Positions 29,741 through 40,924 of a stretch of DNA of 64,000 bases are shown piece after piece (position 1 is the first letter of the stretch; the number at the start of each line of letters is the position of its first letter). The translations under genes were made by a program, and so were the position numbers. The notes under the pieces were generated by a model, which did no database searches, was not told where the DNA came from, and saw only the letters and a list, made by a program, of their open reading frames with translations. Origin of the DNA: Candidatus Dojkabacteria bacterium. GTDB taxonomy: Bacteria; Patescibacteriota; Dojkabacteria; SC72. The DNA lies in assembly GCA_050950165.1 (NCBI GenBank), contig JBMNHC010000001.1, positions 255,151 to 319,150 on the forward strand, in the 5' to 3' direction.

Positions 29741-30283
29741 ATGAAACGGGATTATATAGGAGAAAATATCCGTATATACAGAGAAAGAGCTAATTTAACA
29801 CAACAAGAGTTAGCAGATAAAGTAGGAGTATCTTGGGAGATGATATCTAGATACGAAAGATTAGCTAGCTCACCCGTAAACAAGATAGAAAAGCTTGCAG
29901 ATGCACTTGGCGTAAAGAAATCCCAATTAATGGAAGAACATATACCTAGTAGTATAAATAGCATGGACTTGCGTGTTCCTCTCTTTACACGAATACCCAT
30001 TCCTCCTAGATTTAGTCCTACTCAAACTAATTACTACTATCAATGTCCTGAGTGGATACTCATTAATCACAAGGGTGTCATCGCATTGGATAATTCAATA
30101 GTACAATCTAATGTAGTTACACTCTCTACTCAAGGCTTACTGTATGTATCAACAGAGTACAAACTAAAAGGTGATGAATATATTGTGGTTAAAAACTCTA
30201 CCACCTTAGAGGTAAAAAAGTATCAAGGAGAAAACAGTGAAAAGATTTTAGGTATATTAATTGCCCAAGAGGTTAGATATTAA
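29741..30283 (+). CDS. XRE-family HTH regulator with degenerate S24/LexA-like C-terminus
   Basis: IGENIRIYRERANLTQQELADKVGVS..ISRYER..KLADALGV; start corrected to ATG 29741. Confidence 0.85.
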   Translation: MKRDYIGENIRIYRERANLTQQELADKVGVSWEMISRYERLASSPVNKIEKLADALGVKKSQLMEEHIPSSINSMDLRVPLFTRIPIPPRFSPTQTNYYYQCPEWILINHKGVIALDNSIVQSNVVTLSTQGLLYVSTEYKLKGDEYIVVKNSTTLEVKKYQGENSEKILGILIAQEVRY

Positions 30284-30307
30284 AAGCCCCGAACTAACTC
30301 GGGGCTT
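30284..30307 (-). terminator. Rho-independent terminator after groEL (possibly bidirectional)
   Basis: AAGCCCCGA-actaac-TCGGGGCTT perfect 9-bp stem; short T run on the minus strand. Confidence 0.85.
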
Positions 30308-30312
30308 CGAAA

Positions 30313-31938
30313 CTACATCATTCCTCCCATTCCTGACATATCTGGAGAGACAGGAGCTGAAGATTTCTCTTCTGGTATATCTGCTACTACTGCCTCTGTT
30401 GTAATCAACATTGTAGCTACAGATGCTGCATTTACAAGCGCAAGCCTTGTAACCTTCACAGGATCTATAATCCCTGTATCAAGCATATCTACATACTCAT
30501 CTGTCTTTGCATTGTATCCAATCTTACCACTACACTTTGAAGATACTACAGCACCATCCTTACCTGCATTCTCTGCAATCTGTTTAAGAGGCTCATTTAG
30601 TACACTCTTTAAAATCTCAACACCTAACTGCTCATCTGCATCTTCCAAAGAAACTTTTTCCAAAGATGGAATCATATTCTGAAGAGCTAAACCTCCTCCA
30701 ACAACTACACCTTCTTCAATAGCTGCCCTTGTTGCATTAATAGCATCTTCTACTCTCTGTTTCTTCTCTTTAGCTTCCACCTCTGATGCTGCACCAACTT
30801 TAATTACTGCTACACCACCCGCTATCCTTGCAATTCTCTCTTGTAATTTCTCTCTATCATAGTCAGAAGAAGAGTTCTCCATCTCAGCTTTAATCTCAGA
30901 TACTCTCTTTTTAATATCTGTATCTTTACCTGCACCTTCTACAATGATTGTTTTCTCTTTGTTAATAATGACCTTCTTTGCACTACCCAAATCAGTAAGT
31001 CCTACTGAGTCTAAAGTCTTACCAATCTCATCGGAAATATACTCTGCTCCTGTAATAGTAGCAATATCTTTTAACATCTCTTTTTTCCTGTCACCAAACC
31101 CAGGTGCTTTAACAGCTACTACATTAAGAGTACCTCTAAGTTTGTTAACAACCAATGTAGCTAATGCCTGATTCTCAATATCATCAGCAACTATTACCAA
31201 AGGCCTATCTGCTGCAGCCAAAACCTTCTCTGCAATAGCTTGAATCTCTTGCAAACTAGATAGCTTCTTGTCCGTCACAAAGATGTAAGGATTCTCCATA
31301 ACTGCTTCCTGAGTCTGAGCATCAGTAACAAAATATGAACTTACATACCCCTGATCAAACTGCATACCCTCTGTATATTCAATTTCATCTAAAAAACCCT
31401 TAGCTTCCTCTACTGTAATTACACCATCTTTACCAACTCTCTCAAATACATCACCGATCATATCTCCTAATTCCTTATCATTGTTTGAGGAAATTGTTGC
31501 TACCTGAGCAATCTCTTCCCTACTATTTATCTTCTTAGCAGACTTCTGTAAAGCCTTCACAACTATTTCTACCCCCTTATCCAAACCCCTCTTAACTGCG
31601 ATAGGGTTAGCACCTGCTGCAACATTTTTAAAACCTGCATTAGCTATAGCTTGAGCTAACACTATAACAGTAGTAGTACCATCTCCTGCTAAATCATTAA
31701 CCTTCCTAGATGCATCTTTTAACATCTCTACCCCTACATTCTTAAAAGGATCTTTATCCTCTATCTCTTTTGCAACTGTAACACCGTCCTTTGTGACAAC
31801 CTGTGTACCAAAACTCTTAGCTACTGCAACGTTCCTTCCCTTTGGTCCAAGAGTAGTTTTAACAGCATTTGCAATGGTATCAACACCTGCTTTAAGAGCT
31901 TTTCTTGCCTCCTCATCATATATTATTGATTTTGCCAT
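30313..31938 (-). CDS. groL: Chaperonin GroEL
   Basis: [44 protein letters not shown] tail. Confidence 0.99.
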   Translation of the reverse strand: MAKSIIYDEEARKALKAGVDTIANAVKTTLGPKGRNVAVAKSFGTQVVTKDGVTVAKEIEDKDPFKNVGVEMLKDASRKVNDLAGDGTTTVIVLAQAIANAGFKNVAAGANPIAVKRGLDKGVEIVVKALQKSAKKINSREEIAQVATISSNNDKELGDMIGDVFERVGKDGVITVEEAKGFLDEIEYTEGMQFDQGYVSSYFVTDAQTQEAVMENPYIFVTDKKLSSLQEIQAIAEKVLAAADRPLVIVADDIENQALATLVVNKLRGTLNVVAVKAPGFGDRKKEMLKDIATITGAEYISDEIGKTLDSVGLTDLGSAKKVIINKEKTIIVEGAGKDTDIKKRVSEIKAEMENSSSDYDREKLQERIARIAGGVAVIKVGAASEVEAKEKKQRVEDAINATRAAIEEGVVVGGGLALQNMIPSLEKVSLEDADEQLGVEILKSVLNEPLKQIAENAGKDGAVVSSKCSGKIGYNAKTDEYVDMLDTGIIDPVKVTRLALVNAASVATMLITTEAVVADIPEEKSSAPVSPDMSGMGGMM

Positions 31939-31967
31939 ATTTAATTTAGTAAAAATTTAAACTAGTT

Positions 31968-32270
31968 CTACTTAACAATAGCTAGAATATCTTCAGCTTC
32001 TAAAATGTAGAATTCTTTTCCATCAACCTCTATCTCTTCTGGAGAATATCTCTTGAAATATACTAAATCTCCAACCTTAACATCAAACTTTAATACCTTA
32101 CCTTCCTTATCCTTACCTGTACCTAACTTAACAACTTCTCCAAATGCTGGCTTTTTATCATCCGTAGCACTAGGAGGAATAACTAAACCTCCAGGAGTCT
32201 TCTCTTGTACTTCTTGAGGTTTAACAACAACCCTATTACCAAGGGGAGTAATTTTAATCTCGCTAGACAT
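31968..32270 (-). CDS. groS: Co-chaperonin GroES
   Basis: PLGNRVVV, TPGGLVIP, VKVGDLV, EDILAIV. Confidence 0.98.
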   Translation of the reverse strand: MSSEIKITPLGNRVVVKPQEVQEKTPGGLVIPPSATDDKKPAFGEVVKLGTGKDKEGKVLKFDVKVGDLVYFKRYSPEEIEVDGKEFYILEAEDILAIVK

Positions 32271-32291
32271 AAAATTAGAGTAACAATTTAA

Positions 32292-32318
32292 TTAGCAAAT
32301 ATTGCAAGTGACTGCTAA
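32292..32318 (-). promoter_or_regulatory. CIRCE operator of groES-groEL
   Basis: Minus strand TTAGCAGTC-N9-ATTTGCTAA, 2 nt downstream of the -10 box. Confidence 0.88.
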
Positions 32319-32320
32319 TG

Positions 32321-32349
32321 ATTTTAGAGTTATAAACAGAAAATGTCAA
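32321..32349 (-). promoter_or_regulatory. sigma70 promoter of groES-groEL
   Basis: TTGACA-N17-TAAAAT. Confidence 0.8.
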
Positions 32350-32939
32350 TATCTAGACCCCTTTATAACAATCTTGTCATCTAACAATTCGATATTTTCC
32401 AAATATCTACCAGAGAACCCATTCTCATTTACAACAACTAACCCACTCGCTATCCCATCATTTATCTTCTCAATTAAAAACGGTAAGGAGAGATACCCAA
32501 TCTTAATATCTGTTACATATAGCTGAGCACTCTGTACATTGTCTTTCTTTAAAGTAAACATCGTCCATACAGAAGCCACTCTGTATTTCATTCCTAAATA
32601 TATATTCCAACTACTTAAAGAAGGCTCAATATATACCCTCTCAATACTTACTTTGTTCTCCAAATACTCATCTAATACACTTAAAAGAATATGACCAAAC
32701 TCAGAGGGAGTAAGAGAGAGAAAGTCTGTATCCTGCTCAGAGAGAGTAAAAAGAGATATCTTCTTTACCAAAGTTTCATCCATAGAGCTATCAGACAGAA
32801 TTAAATTCTCTTGCAACATACCATCTCTAAATTCCGTATACCATCTACTGTAGCTAAGTAAGAAAACACCAATACCAAAGATTGTTAACAAGATGATGGT
32901 AGAGATTGTGATAGAAAAGATTTTAAGAAATTTCCTCAC
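32346..32939 (-). CDS. Hypothetical membrane-anchored protein
   Basis: GTG start 3 bp after the murJ stop; single N-terminal TM. Confidence 0.7.
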   Translation of the reverse strand: MRKFLKIFSITISTIILLTIFGIGVFLLSYSRWYTEFRDGMLQENLILSDSSMDETLVKKISLFTLSEQDTDFLSLTPSEFGHILLSVLDEYLENKVSIERVYIEPSLSSWNIYLGMKYRVASVWTMFTLKKDNVQSAQLYVTDIKIGYLSLPFLIEKINDGIASGLVVVNENGFSGRYLENIELLDDKIVIKGSRY

Positions 32940-32942
32940 CTT

Positions 32943-34715
32943 TTACTTACTCAAGTTAGTAGTACTACTAAAGCGACCCTTTAAAGACTTGAGCAGTTTC
33001 TCTACCTGTACAAACTGTTCAGGAGAGAAAATCTTAGACCCGACAAGATACGAGAACAAACCATACACAGAAGTTAAGCCTGTTAATATGATTACATATA
33101 CCGTCCTACTAGTATCTAGTTGGAAGTCAAACAACCTAAAGACAAGATACATTCCAAACATCATAATGATAGTATTAAGAGTCTTAAGTAGAGTTGGATA
33201 CACAGTATCGTTCCAAGAGATTAACTTCCTCTTTCTGTTTAACAAGAACATAGCAAGTATTAGTTGTATAAAATATGCCAAACTTAAACTTAAAGCTAAA
33301 CCACCAACTCCAAAATTAGAACCTCCCCTAGTTGTCATCCACTTGATTAAATCTCTACCAAAAGAACCAAGAACAGAAGTAACCCCTTCTCCATTTGCTT
33401 GAGAGAGTTGAATCCAAATCTGTTCTAAAATAGGGCGCCAGTCATAGTAATGACTAAAGAAGTTAGTAAAAAAATATGCTCCTAAAAGATTAATAGCAAT
33501 ACCCACAATAATGGCAAGAAGAGGTACCCAGGTTTCCTTTAATGCATAGAATGCTCTCAATACTATCTGTACAACTGTTTGACCAATAATGGAGATGGAG
33601 AGAAGAGCTAAGGCCCATGAGGTTAGAATTGTATCTTGCCAGTCAAAAGCACCAGTACCATAAATTAAACGAACAATTGGAAGTCTTAATATTACCATAA
33701 CAGCTACAATGGGAAGAACTAAATAGAGTGCAAGCTGTATAGCATCATTAAATGCTTTCTTAAACTCCCTATCCTGCTTCTGTGTACAATATTTTGCAAA
33801 GTCAGGTAAAGAAACCTGAGCTACTGCACTACCAATAATATTGATAGGAAACAGATGTAAGCTATATGCAAATCTGTATGCACTTAAAGCTCCTGCAGTA
33901 AGTGTAAAACTAATAAAGGTATTAACAATGGTATTAAACTGCTCACCTAGTACACCTAACATCCTTGGAGTAGCAAGTCTTACTGCTCTAATAACATTAG
34001 GCTCCCTAAAGATACTTCTGAATGTAAAACTTTTACCTTTCTCTTCTTTGTAATACTTAAGAAGAAGTGGAACCTGTATAAAGAGATGTACTACTGAACC
34101 TACTACCGCTGCCCAAGCAATACCTTCTACTCCTAAATCTGTGTAAAGTACAAATACATAAGAGCCAATTATCATAGCTACGTTGTAAAAGAGAGGTGCT
34201 AAAGATGTAACAAAGAACTGTTTCTTAACTTGTAGATATGCTGTAATAAATGCACTAATACTAAGAAAAAGAGGAGACAGAAGACCAATTCTAAACATGT
34301 TAATAAATAGGTCGTAGTCTGTAGGAGAGATTCTGTATGACATATTAAAGATATTGGTTGCATATTCATTAGTTACTACCCAATGTGTAATTTGAGGAGT
34401 AAATACAAATACAACCAATAGAGCTAAGAATGTTACCGAGAAAAAAAGAATCGTTAGTTGTTTAAACAACCTATTAAAACTCTCCTTACCCTTGTCATAC
34501 AAGACATCAGAAAGGATTGGAATAATGGCAGCATTAATAGAGCCTGCAACTAATACCATAAAGATAACATCAGGTATCGTAAAGGCAGCCCAAAAGATAT
34601 CTAATTCATGAGATGCACCAAAAAGTTCTGCAAATATTCTTAACTTCCAGAAACCTAAAAGCTTCGTTACTAATAGCAGAAGCATTACTGTAAATACACC
34701 GTTTTTCTTTTTCAT
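32943..34715 (-). CDS. murJ: Lipid II flippase MurJ
   Basis: TKLLGFWKLRIFAELFGA, AFTIPD, GSINAAIIP, APLFYN, RAFYALKETWVP, GLALSLS. Confidence 0.92.
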   Translation of the reverse strand: MKKKNGVFTVMLLLLVTKLLGFWKLRIFAELFGASHELDIFWAAFTIPDVIFMVLVAGSINAAIIPILSDVLYDKGKESFNRLFKQLTILFFSVTFLALLVVFVFTPQITHWVVTNEYATNIFNMSYRISPTDYDLFINMFRIGLLSPLFLSISAFITAYLQVKKQFFVTSLAPLFYNVAMIIGSYVFVLYTDLGVEGIAWAAVVGSVVHLFIQVPLLLKYYKEEKGKSFTFRSIFREPNVIRAVRLATPRMLGVLGEQFNTIVNTFISFTLTAGALSAYRFAYSLHLFPINIIGSAVAQVSLPDFAKYCTQKQDREFKKAFNDAIQLALYLVLPIVAVMVILRLPIVRLIYGTGAFDWQDTILTSWALALLSISIIGQTVVQIVLRAFYALKETWVPLLAIIVGIAINLLGAYFFTNFFSHYYDWRPILEQIWIQLSQANGEGVTSVLGSFGRDLIKWMTTRGGSNFGVGGLALSLSLAYFIQLILAMFLLNRKRKLISWNDTVYPTLLKTLNTIIMMFGMYLVFRLFDFQLDTSRTVYVIILTGLTSVYGLFSYLVGSKIFSPEQFVQVEKLLKSLKGRFSSTTNLSK

Positions 34716-34795
34716 ATTTAATAAGCGACTAATATAATAATAGATAAGATAATAATTATCAAATATTTTTAATAAGGATTAGATAATATCTAAGT

Positions 34796-35290
34796 ATGAA
34801 TATGATGGATATTCTCTTTCCTAAGCAATGCATAGTATGTTCAAGAATAGGATTTGAAATATGTGATCACTGTCTAACAGAGATACCTAAAGCTTTACCT
34901 ACATGCATATTTTGCAATAGACTTAGCAACCAAGGAGTCCCACACAGAGAGTGTTTAGAAATGGATAAAGATATTGTATGGATACGAGGATGGAATCTAT
35001 CTAAGAAACAGAGATTTCTATTTGATCTAAAGAGAAAGAACTCTCTCTTTTCAATATATATATTTCTCATGGATAAACTCTTAGAAGAGAAAGGACTTTC
35101 CAAATACAACTTAACAACAAGCCCATTAACTAGCTCTCATCTAGATATCTGTATCTCTAAAAAGTACAACAATAACAAGAAAGGAGAACCTCTTTTTCTA
35201 ATTGGAGAGAGAGTATTAAATAGAAAGAAATTACTAAGCAGGTTAAAAGAGGTACAAGAGAAAAGAATTAATATCCTAACAATATTTTAA
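34796..35290 (+). CDS. ComF-like protein: double zinc ribbon plus a shortened, degenerate PRTase part
   Basis: DILFPKQCIVC..ICDHC..CIFC..HREC; only 164 aa; no VDDxxTTG loop. Confidence 0.7.
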   Translation: MNMMDILFPKQCIVCSRIGFEICDHCLTEIPKALPTCIFCNRLSNQGVPHRECLEMDKDIVWIRGWNLSKKQRFLFDLKRKNSLFSIYIFLMDKLLEEKGLSKYNLTTSPLTSSHLDICISKKYNNNKKGEPLFLIGERVLNRKKLLSRLKEVQEKRINILTIF

Positions 35291-37581
35291 TCTGCAGGTT
35301 CAAAATCTTCTAAGGAGAAATCACCATCATTCTCTTTTAAAATATCTCCATCTGAGGAAGCACTCCCTCCAAACTCTTCAATGGAATCTAGGATACTTTT
35401 ATACATAGGATCTTCCTGCAATTTGTTAACCTCCATAATCTTCTTTGCAGCTTCTAAGTAGCTAATAGCTGTTTTAGTCTCTCCTGACTCTTTTAAGATA
35501 CTTGCAGAGAGGACTAATGATGGAACATGCTGACCGTTAATAGTAAGACCTGCATTAAATGCAGCTAATGCTTTCTCATAGTCCTGCTTAATCATATATA
35601 TCTGACCAGCTCTGTAGTAAGACTCAAAATCTAAAGGATTAAGACTGGTAGCTCTTTGTAGAGCAAAAAGGGCATCCTCACTGTAATCAGAGAGCCCTAT
35701 CGAAAGAAGACCCATATATACATTAGCTCTTGCGTACCAGTTGGAATATATAAATGGAGCAGTCGTCACAGCCTCTCTAGATAGATCTATAGCTGAATTC
35801 TTCCAATTAGTTATCTCAGAGAGAACAGATGCTTTCTCTTCCTCAGATGACTTCTGGTACAACTCACTTAATACATTCATAATCTCTACAACTGTACCAC
35901 TAGCCTTTCTATTCGCCACAGGGCTAGAACTATCATATCTTAGAGCAGTAAGGTAGTAAGAAACTAATCTATCAAAAAATTTCTCTCTTACCTCCATAGT
36001 CACTTCAGACTCCTCAGTATATTTCTTCATTTCTTCTATAGAGTATGCTTCTGCCCTTGCAATATACATAGCAGAGAGAAGCTTAGATCCTAACGAAAAC
36101 ATAGATACAGAACAGAGAAGAATGAAAAGAATCGTTAGGAACCAATTAACACTATTTATCGTCTTACTAACATTTTGAGAAGCACGACCTACATGTACAG
36201 CCCAAAATTTTAAAAGAAACTGTTCATCACTTCCCTTAACAATATTTCTACTCATTAAAGAAAGAAGTAGTAAAACAAAGAATATGAAATACAAAAGGAA
36301 AGAGAAAGATACAAAGAATACAGAAAGATAGAAAATAATGGTAGAGATCTCAAGGATAGAAAGTAAGAGACCTTCCTTACCTTTCTGAGAAGTAAGATCC
36401 TCTATAAATACTCTAATGAGAACTAAACCAATTAATATCCATATTACTACTCCTAAAATACCTCTAGTTGCTAATGTAGTAAAGAACTCATTGGAAGAAG
36501 AGTTAAAGTTAACATTAGAAAGAGATATTGTTGATGGAGTAGCAGGTCTAAAAAGATTGTAGGCTACAGAAAAAGATTCATTACCTACACCTACTAGTCC
36601 TCTACCAAAATTCTCTACTACTGTCTTACTAGCTACAGACCATGAGAGATCAGAGGCTAAGTGTATTGGTGATACAACATCAAAAGATTTACCAAGAAGA
36701 GAATTTTTAAAAGAATCATACTGAAGCCCTATCGTAAATACCATAGCTAATATCACAAGAAGAGAGAGGATAGATGGAATAAATTTTAATTTCTTTTCTA
36801 ACTTAACGAACAGAAAGATAATTAAGAAGAGAAAACCTACAAACAGAAGTACTGGAAGTAATATTCCCTGTTTAATAGAAAACAGAGGTATGGATATAAA
36901 GCCTAGGAATATGGATATAAAAGGAAGAATAGTACTCTGATATCTTTTCTCTTTAAGATAGTACAGTAGTAGATATATAGAGAGTAATATTAATACTGCA
37001 GATAGTAAAACTATCTCATCTGAATAAAATGTTAAAGGTAAACCTGTAACAAAGAAATTCTTAAATACAGGCATCCAACCAAAAATATTAATCTTTAGAA
37101 ATGAGAGTAAGCTTAGTATTAATAGAGTAGATATTCCTAAGCTTAAAATTACAGATGATTTAACAATATACTTACTGCTATTTAAAAAGCTTCTAGAGAG
37201 GAAGAAGAATGCCAAAAGAATAGAAATAGATAAGAATCCTGTTCCTAATCTACCATCAAATCCCCATATAGCAGTCCATTTATCCAATGCAAAAATGGTA
37301 GAGATTAGAAATGAAAGTAATAGAAGTAATGATACTTTATCCAAAGAAGATTTAAATATGACAACCTTTCCATCCCATATCCATTTAATAAACTCTAACA
37401 AAAGTATTATAGATGAAAATACTATAAAAAATGTAATCTTAACTTGGTCAGTAGGATCCCATGGTAGAGGTAATACCAACCAAGGAATAAAAAAGAGAAG
37501 TATATAGAAAAATATTCTTTGAAAAAGAGATATATCAACTACACTGGCAGAGGTACTTGTCTTACTTTCATTTGTTAGCAT
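35287..37581 (-). CDS. O-antigen ligase-like (Wzy_C) polytopic membrane protein with C-terminal TPRs
   Basis: Many TMs; AIWGFDGRLGTG, GVGNESF..YNLFRP, NEFFTTLATRGILG; TPRs (ALQRATSLNP..YYRAGQIY). Start moved to ATG 37581 because the TTG at 37644 lies inside the dnaK terminator. Confidence 0.8.
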   Translation of the reverse strand: MLTNESKTSTSASVVDISLFQRIFFYILLFFIPWLVLPLPWDPTDQVKITFFIVFSSIILLLEFIKWIWDGKVVIFKSSLDKVSLLLLLSFLISTIFALDKWTAIWGFDGRLGTGFLSISILLAFFFLSRSFLNSSKYIVKSSVILSLGISTLLILSLLSFLKINIFGWMPVFKNFFVTGLPLTFYSDEIVLLSAVLILLSIYLLLYYLKEKRYQSTILPFISIFLGFISIPLFSIKQGILLPVLLFVGFLFLIIFLFVKLEKKLKFIPSILSLLVILAMVFTIGLQYDSFKNSLLGKSFDVVSPIHLASDLSWSVASKTVVENFGRGLVGVGNESFSVAYNLFRPATPSTISLSNVNFNSSSNEFFTTLATRGILGVVIWILIGLVLIRVFIEDLTSQKGKEGLLLSILEISTIIFYLSVFFVSFSFLLYFIFFVLLLLSLMSRNIVKGSDEQFLLKFWAVHVGRASQNVSKTINSVNWFLTILFILLCSVSMFSLGSKLLSAMYIARAEAYSIEEMKKYTEESEVTMEVREKFFDRLVSYYLTALRYDSSSPVANRKASGTVVEIMNVLSELYQKSSEEEKASVLSEITNWKNSAIDLSREAVTTAPFIYSNWYARANVYMGLLSIGLSDYSEDALFALQRATSLNPLDFESYYRAGQIYMIKQDYEKALAAFNAGLTINGQHVPSLVLSASILKESGETKTAISYLEAAKKIMEVNKLQEDPMYKSILDSIEEFGGSASSDGDILKENDGDFSLEDFEPAD

Positions 37582-37633
37582 ATTAAAGACAGATAAATAA
37601 TTATTTACTAACAAATATCTTAGCAAAAATAGA

Positions 37634-37654
37634 AGAGGGGGCAAAGCCCCCTCT
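37634..37654 (-). terminator. Rho-independent terminator after dnaK
   Basis: AGAGGGGGC-aaa-GCCCCCTCT stem followed by TCTATTTTT on the minus strand. Confidence 0.85.
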
Positions 37655-37666
37655 AAAAGAAGACAA

Positions 37667-39565
37667 CTATTCTACTACCTCACCTTCCTTTACTTCATCC
37701 TTATCATCATCTTTCTTCTCTTCATCCTTAGATTCCTCTGAAGGTGTTTCCTTAGATGCTTTCTCATACATCTTCTTACTTACTTCTTGCATCTTCTTAG
37801 TTAATTTCTCAACCTCTTCTGCAAGTTTCTCTTCATCGAAATCTTCCTTCTCGATTATTTCTTTAACCTCTTCTACACCCTCTTTCAAATCCTTCTTGTC
37901 ATCTTCCTCTATCTTATCCCCATTCTCTTCTAGAAGTTTCTCTATACTAAAGCATAGGGAATCTGCATTGTTTCTCTCCTCTGCTCTCTTTCTCTTCTTC
38001 TTGTCCTCCTCTGCATGCTTAGATGCTTCTTCCACCATCTTTTCAATCTCTTCTTCTTTAAGACTTGTAGATGCTGTAATGGTAATCTTCTGCTCCTTGT
38101 TTGTAGCTAAATCTTTAGCATTTACATTTAAAATACCATTAGCATCGATAGTAAATATTACTTCTATCTGAGGAACACCTCTTGGTGCAGGAGGAATACC
38201 ATCGAGAACAAACCTACCTAATGTCTTGTTATCTGATGCCATCTCTCTCTCTCCTTGTAATACATGAATCTCTACACCTGGTTGGTTATCTGCAGCAGTA
38301 CTAAATATCTGCTTCTTCTCCACAGGTATAGTGGTATTTCTCTCTATCAATTTTGTCATTACTCCTCCTAATGTCTCTAAACCTAATGAAAGTGGAGTAA
38401 CATCTAAAAGTGTAATATCTTTTACATCACCACCAAGTACACCTCCCTGTACTGCAGCTCCGATAGCAACTACTTCATCAGGGTTTACACTCTTGTTTGG
38501 TTCTTTACCAAAAATCTCTTTAACCTTTTTAACAACAGCAGGCATTCTAGTCATACCACCAACAAGAAGTACTTCATCTATATCACTTAGTTCTAACTTA
38601 GCATCCTTAAGTGCTTTCTTACATGGAGATACTGTCTTCTCTATTAAATCTGCAGTCAACTTCTCTAAATCTGCTCTTGTAAGAGAAACCTTCAAGTGCT
38701 TTGGTCCACTAGATGTTGCTGTAATATATGGAATATTTATCTCTGTTTCCTCAGAAGTAGATAACTCTATTTTTGCTTTCTCAGAGGCCTCCTTTAATCT
38801 CTGTAATGCAGTCCTATCTTCTTTAAGATCTACTCCCTCGTTATCCTTAAACTCTACTACCAGTTTATCAATAATCTTTTGGTCGAAATCATCACCTCCT
38901 AAGTGAGTATCACCATTAGTAGAAAGAACTTCGAATACCCCATCCCCTATCTCTAGAATAGAGATATCGAATGTTCCACCACCTAAGTCAAAGATAGCAA
39001 CTTTCTCATCCTTCTTACTATCCAAGCCGTATGCTAGTGCAGCAGCAGTTGGCTCATTTACAATCCTCTTTACTTCCAGACCTGCAATCTTACCTGCATC
39101 TTTAGTAGCTTGTCTTTGTGAATCATCAAAGTATGCAGGAACAGTAATTACAGCCTCAGTAATTTTTTCTCCTAAGAACTCTTCTGCATCCTTCTTCATC
39201 TTGGCCAAGATCTTTGCAGATATCTCCTGAGGTGTGTACCACTTGTCACCCATCTTTACTTCAATACCATCACTACCAGATTTTCTCATCTCAAAAGGAA
39301 GAAGTTCTTTATCTTTTTTAACTTCATCATCTCCCCATGACCTACCTATTAATCTCTTAACAGAATAGATTGTTCCTTCTGGATTAGTAACAGCCTGATT
39401 CTTTGCAGGAGCACCAACCAATGTTTCCCCTTTATCATCGACTGCTACAATAGAGGGAGTTAATCTTCCTCCTTGTGTATTAGCAATGATATTAGGTTTA
39501 CCACCTGACATATATGCCATTGCACTATTGGTTGTACCTAAGTCTATTCCTATTATTTTTCCCAT
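37667..39565 (-). CDS. dnaK: Chaperone DnaK
   Basis: [49 protein letters not shown]. Confidence 0.99.
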   Translation of the reverse strand: MGKIIGIDLGTTNSAMAYMSGGKPNIIANTQGGRLTPSIVAVDDKGETLVGAPAKNQAVTNPEGTIYSVKRLIGRSWGDDEVKKDKELLPFEMRKSGSDGIEVKMGDKWYTPQEISAKILAKMKKDAEEFLGEKITEAVITVPAYFDDSQRQATKDAGKIAGLEVKRIVNEPTAAALAYGLDSKKDEKVAIFDLGGGTFDISILEIGDGVFEVLSTNGDTHLGGDDFDQKIIDKLVVEFKDNEGVDLKEDRTALQRLKEASEKAKIELSTSEETEINIPYITATSSGPKHLKVSLTRADLEKLTADLIEKTVSPCKKALKDAKLELSDIDEVLLVGGMTRMPAVVKKVKEIFGKEPNKSVNPDEVVAIGAAVQGGVLGGDVKDITLLDVTPLSLGLETLGGVMTKLIERNTTIPVEKKQIFSTAADNQPGVEIHVLQGEREMASDNKTLGRFVLDGIPPAPRGVPQIEVIFTIDANGILNVNAKDLATNKEQKITITASTSLKEEEIEKMVEEASKHAEEDKKKRKRAEERNNADSLCFSIEKLLEENGDKIEEDDKKDLKEGVEEVKEIIEKEDFDEEKLAEEVEKLTKKMQEVSKKMYEKASKETPSEESKDEEKKDDDKDEVKEGEVVE

Positions 39566-39584
39566 ATTAATTAATATTAAAAAT

Positions 39585-40151
39585 TTATTTACTTTTTACT
39601 ACCACCACTCTAGATGGTCTAATCACGATATCATCCAACATATATCCAGGTTGAATGACATCGTATATCTCACCTTCATTCTCACCCTCTACAGTACTTA
39701 GTGCTTCATGTATAGAGGGGTCAAATTTAGAGTTTTTCTCTGGTACATATCTTTGTAGTCCAATTTCAGCCAAAGCTTTTTCTAAATTACTGATCAATTC
39801 AACAACTCCACTTGCCCAAGATTCTCCCCTTTCATCAAATTTCATCTCACCTTTAACCTTTAGTGCCATAGCCATATCATCAATGGTTGGTATAATTTTC
39901 TCTGCTAAAGATCTCTTAAATTGCAATACAGAAAGATTTAATCTCTTTTGAGTATTTGCTTCTAAGTTCTGATAATCTGCTAAAGCTCTCTTAAGCTGAT
40001 TAATTACCTCCAATTTCTCATCTTCAACCTTGTCTACAGTCAATGCCAACTCTTTAATATTTTCTTCCAACCTAGCAATCTCACCCTCCAAGTGCTTAAT
40101 TTCTTGGCTCTCAATTTTGTGAACACTTTTTGTGCTATCTGTTTTTTTCAT
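39585..40151 (-). CDS. grpE: Nucleotide exchange factor GrpE
   Basis: [29 protein letters not shown]; between hrcA and dnaK. Confidence 0.95.
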   Translation of the reverse strand: MKKTDSTKSVHKIESQEIKHLEGEIARLEENIKELALTVDKVEDEKLEVINQLKRALADYQNLEANTQKRLNLSVLQFKRSLAEKIIPTIDDMAMALKVKGEMKFDERGESWASGVVELISNLEKALAEIGLQRYVPEKNSKFDPSIHEALSTVEGENEGEIYDVIQPGYMLDDIVIRPSRVVVVKSK

Positions 40152-40167
40152 AACTAGAATATTTAGT

Positions 40168-40893
40168 TTAACTCCAACCTCTCAATATATTACGCATAGA
40201 GCTCTGTACCTCTCTCAGAGCAGGTATAGATTTTGCATAATCCATTCTCTTAGATCCTAAGATACCAATATATGCATCTTCTGTATCCCAGAAAGGCAAA
40301 GTCGTAAATACCAAAGAACAACCTTCTAAATCTTTAATACCCGACTCTTCACCAATTAGAAGAGATACTCCAGATCCACCATACTTATGCATCATATTTA
40401 CTAAGAAATCCCTATCTTCCAAAATATTAACAACTCTCTGTAGCTTCTCCCAATCCCTTAACTCTTCATATTTAAAGAAATTAGATAGACCCCAATACCT
40501 ACACTGGTTATCAATAATTAGGAAAACTACAGACTCAGTTTCTTCTGAAAGAATCTGTAATATGGAATTAAGAACGGCTTCTTTAGAGAACCTATCTCTA
40601 AAGATACCCTGCCTTATCTCCACTGTTATCAAAGGATTTAAAGAGCTACTATTCAATATTTTACTAACATACAATCTAAGAGCTTGATCAGTAGGATATC
40701 TTCCTGAAGAGACATGGCTTTTTTCCAACAATCCAAGTTCCATTAGTTTTGCCATCTCATTTCTAATTGTTGCAGGACTAACTCCTAAGTTATGCTTCTC
40801 TTGAAGATACAGAGATCCAACTTCTTCGGCATTTTCCATAAATTCCTCAATTATTGCCATTAGTATCCTTTTCTGTCTCTCTGTAATATCCAT
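40168..40893 (-). CDS. hrcA: Heat-inducible repressor HrcA (short form)
   Basis: ITERQKRIL, VSPATIRNEM, SHVSSGRYPTD, IGEE, ILGSKRMDY. Confidence 0.93.
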   Translation of the reverse strand: MDITERQKRILMAIIEEFMENAEEVGSLYLQEKHNLGVSPATIRNEMAKLMELGLLEKSHVSSGRYPTDQALRLYVSKILNSSSLNPLITVEIRQGIFRDRFSKEAVLNSILQILSEETESVVFLIIDNQCRYWGLSNFFKYEELRDWEKLQRVVNILEDRDFLVNMMHKYGGSGVSLLIGEESGIKDLEGCSLVFTTLPFWDTEDAYIGILGSKRMDYAKSIPALREVQSSMRNILRGWS

Positions 40894-40897
40894 CTAA

Positions 40898-40924
40898 TTA
40901 GCACTCTTAAAGATTACCTGCTAA
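40898..40924 (-). promoter_or_regulatory. CIRCE operator of hrcA-grpE-dnaK
   Basis: Plus strand TTAGCACTC-N9-ACCTGCTAA, between the -10 box and the hrcA ATG. Confidence 0.92.

Noticed and set aside
37575-37628. TTAGCA half-sites downstream of dnaK as a fourth CIRCE
   Set aside because: No matching TGCTAA arm at the N9 spacing.
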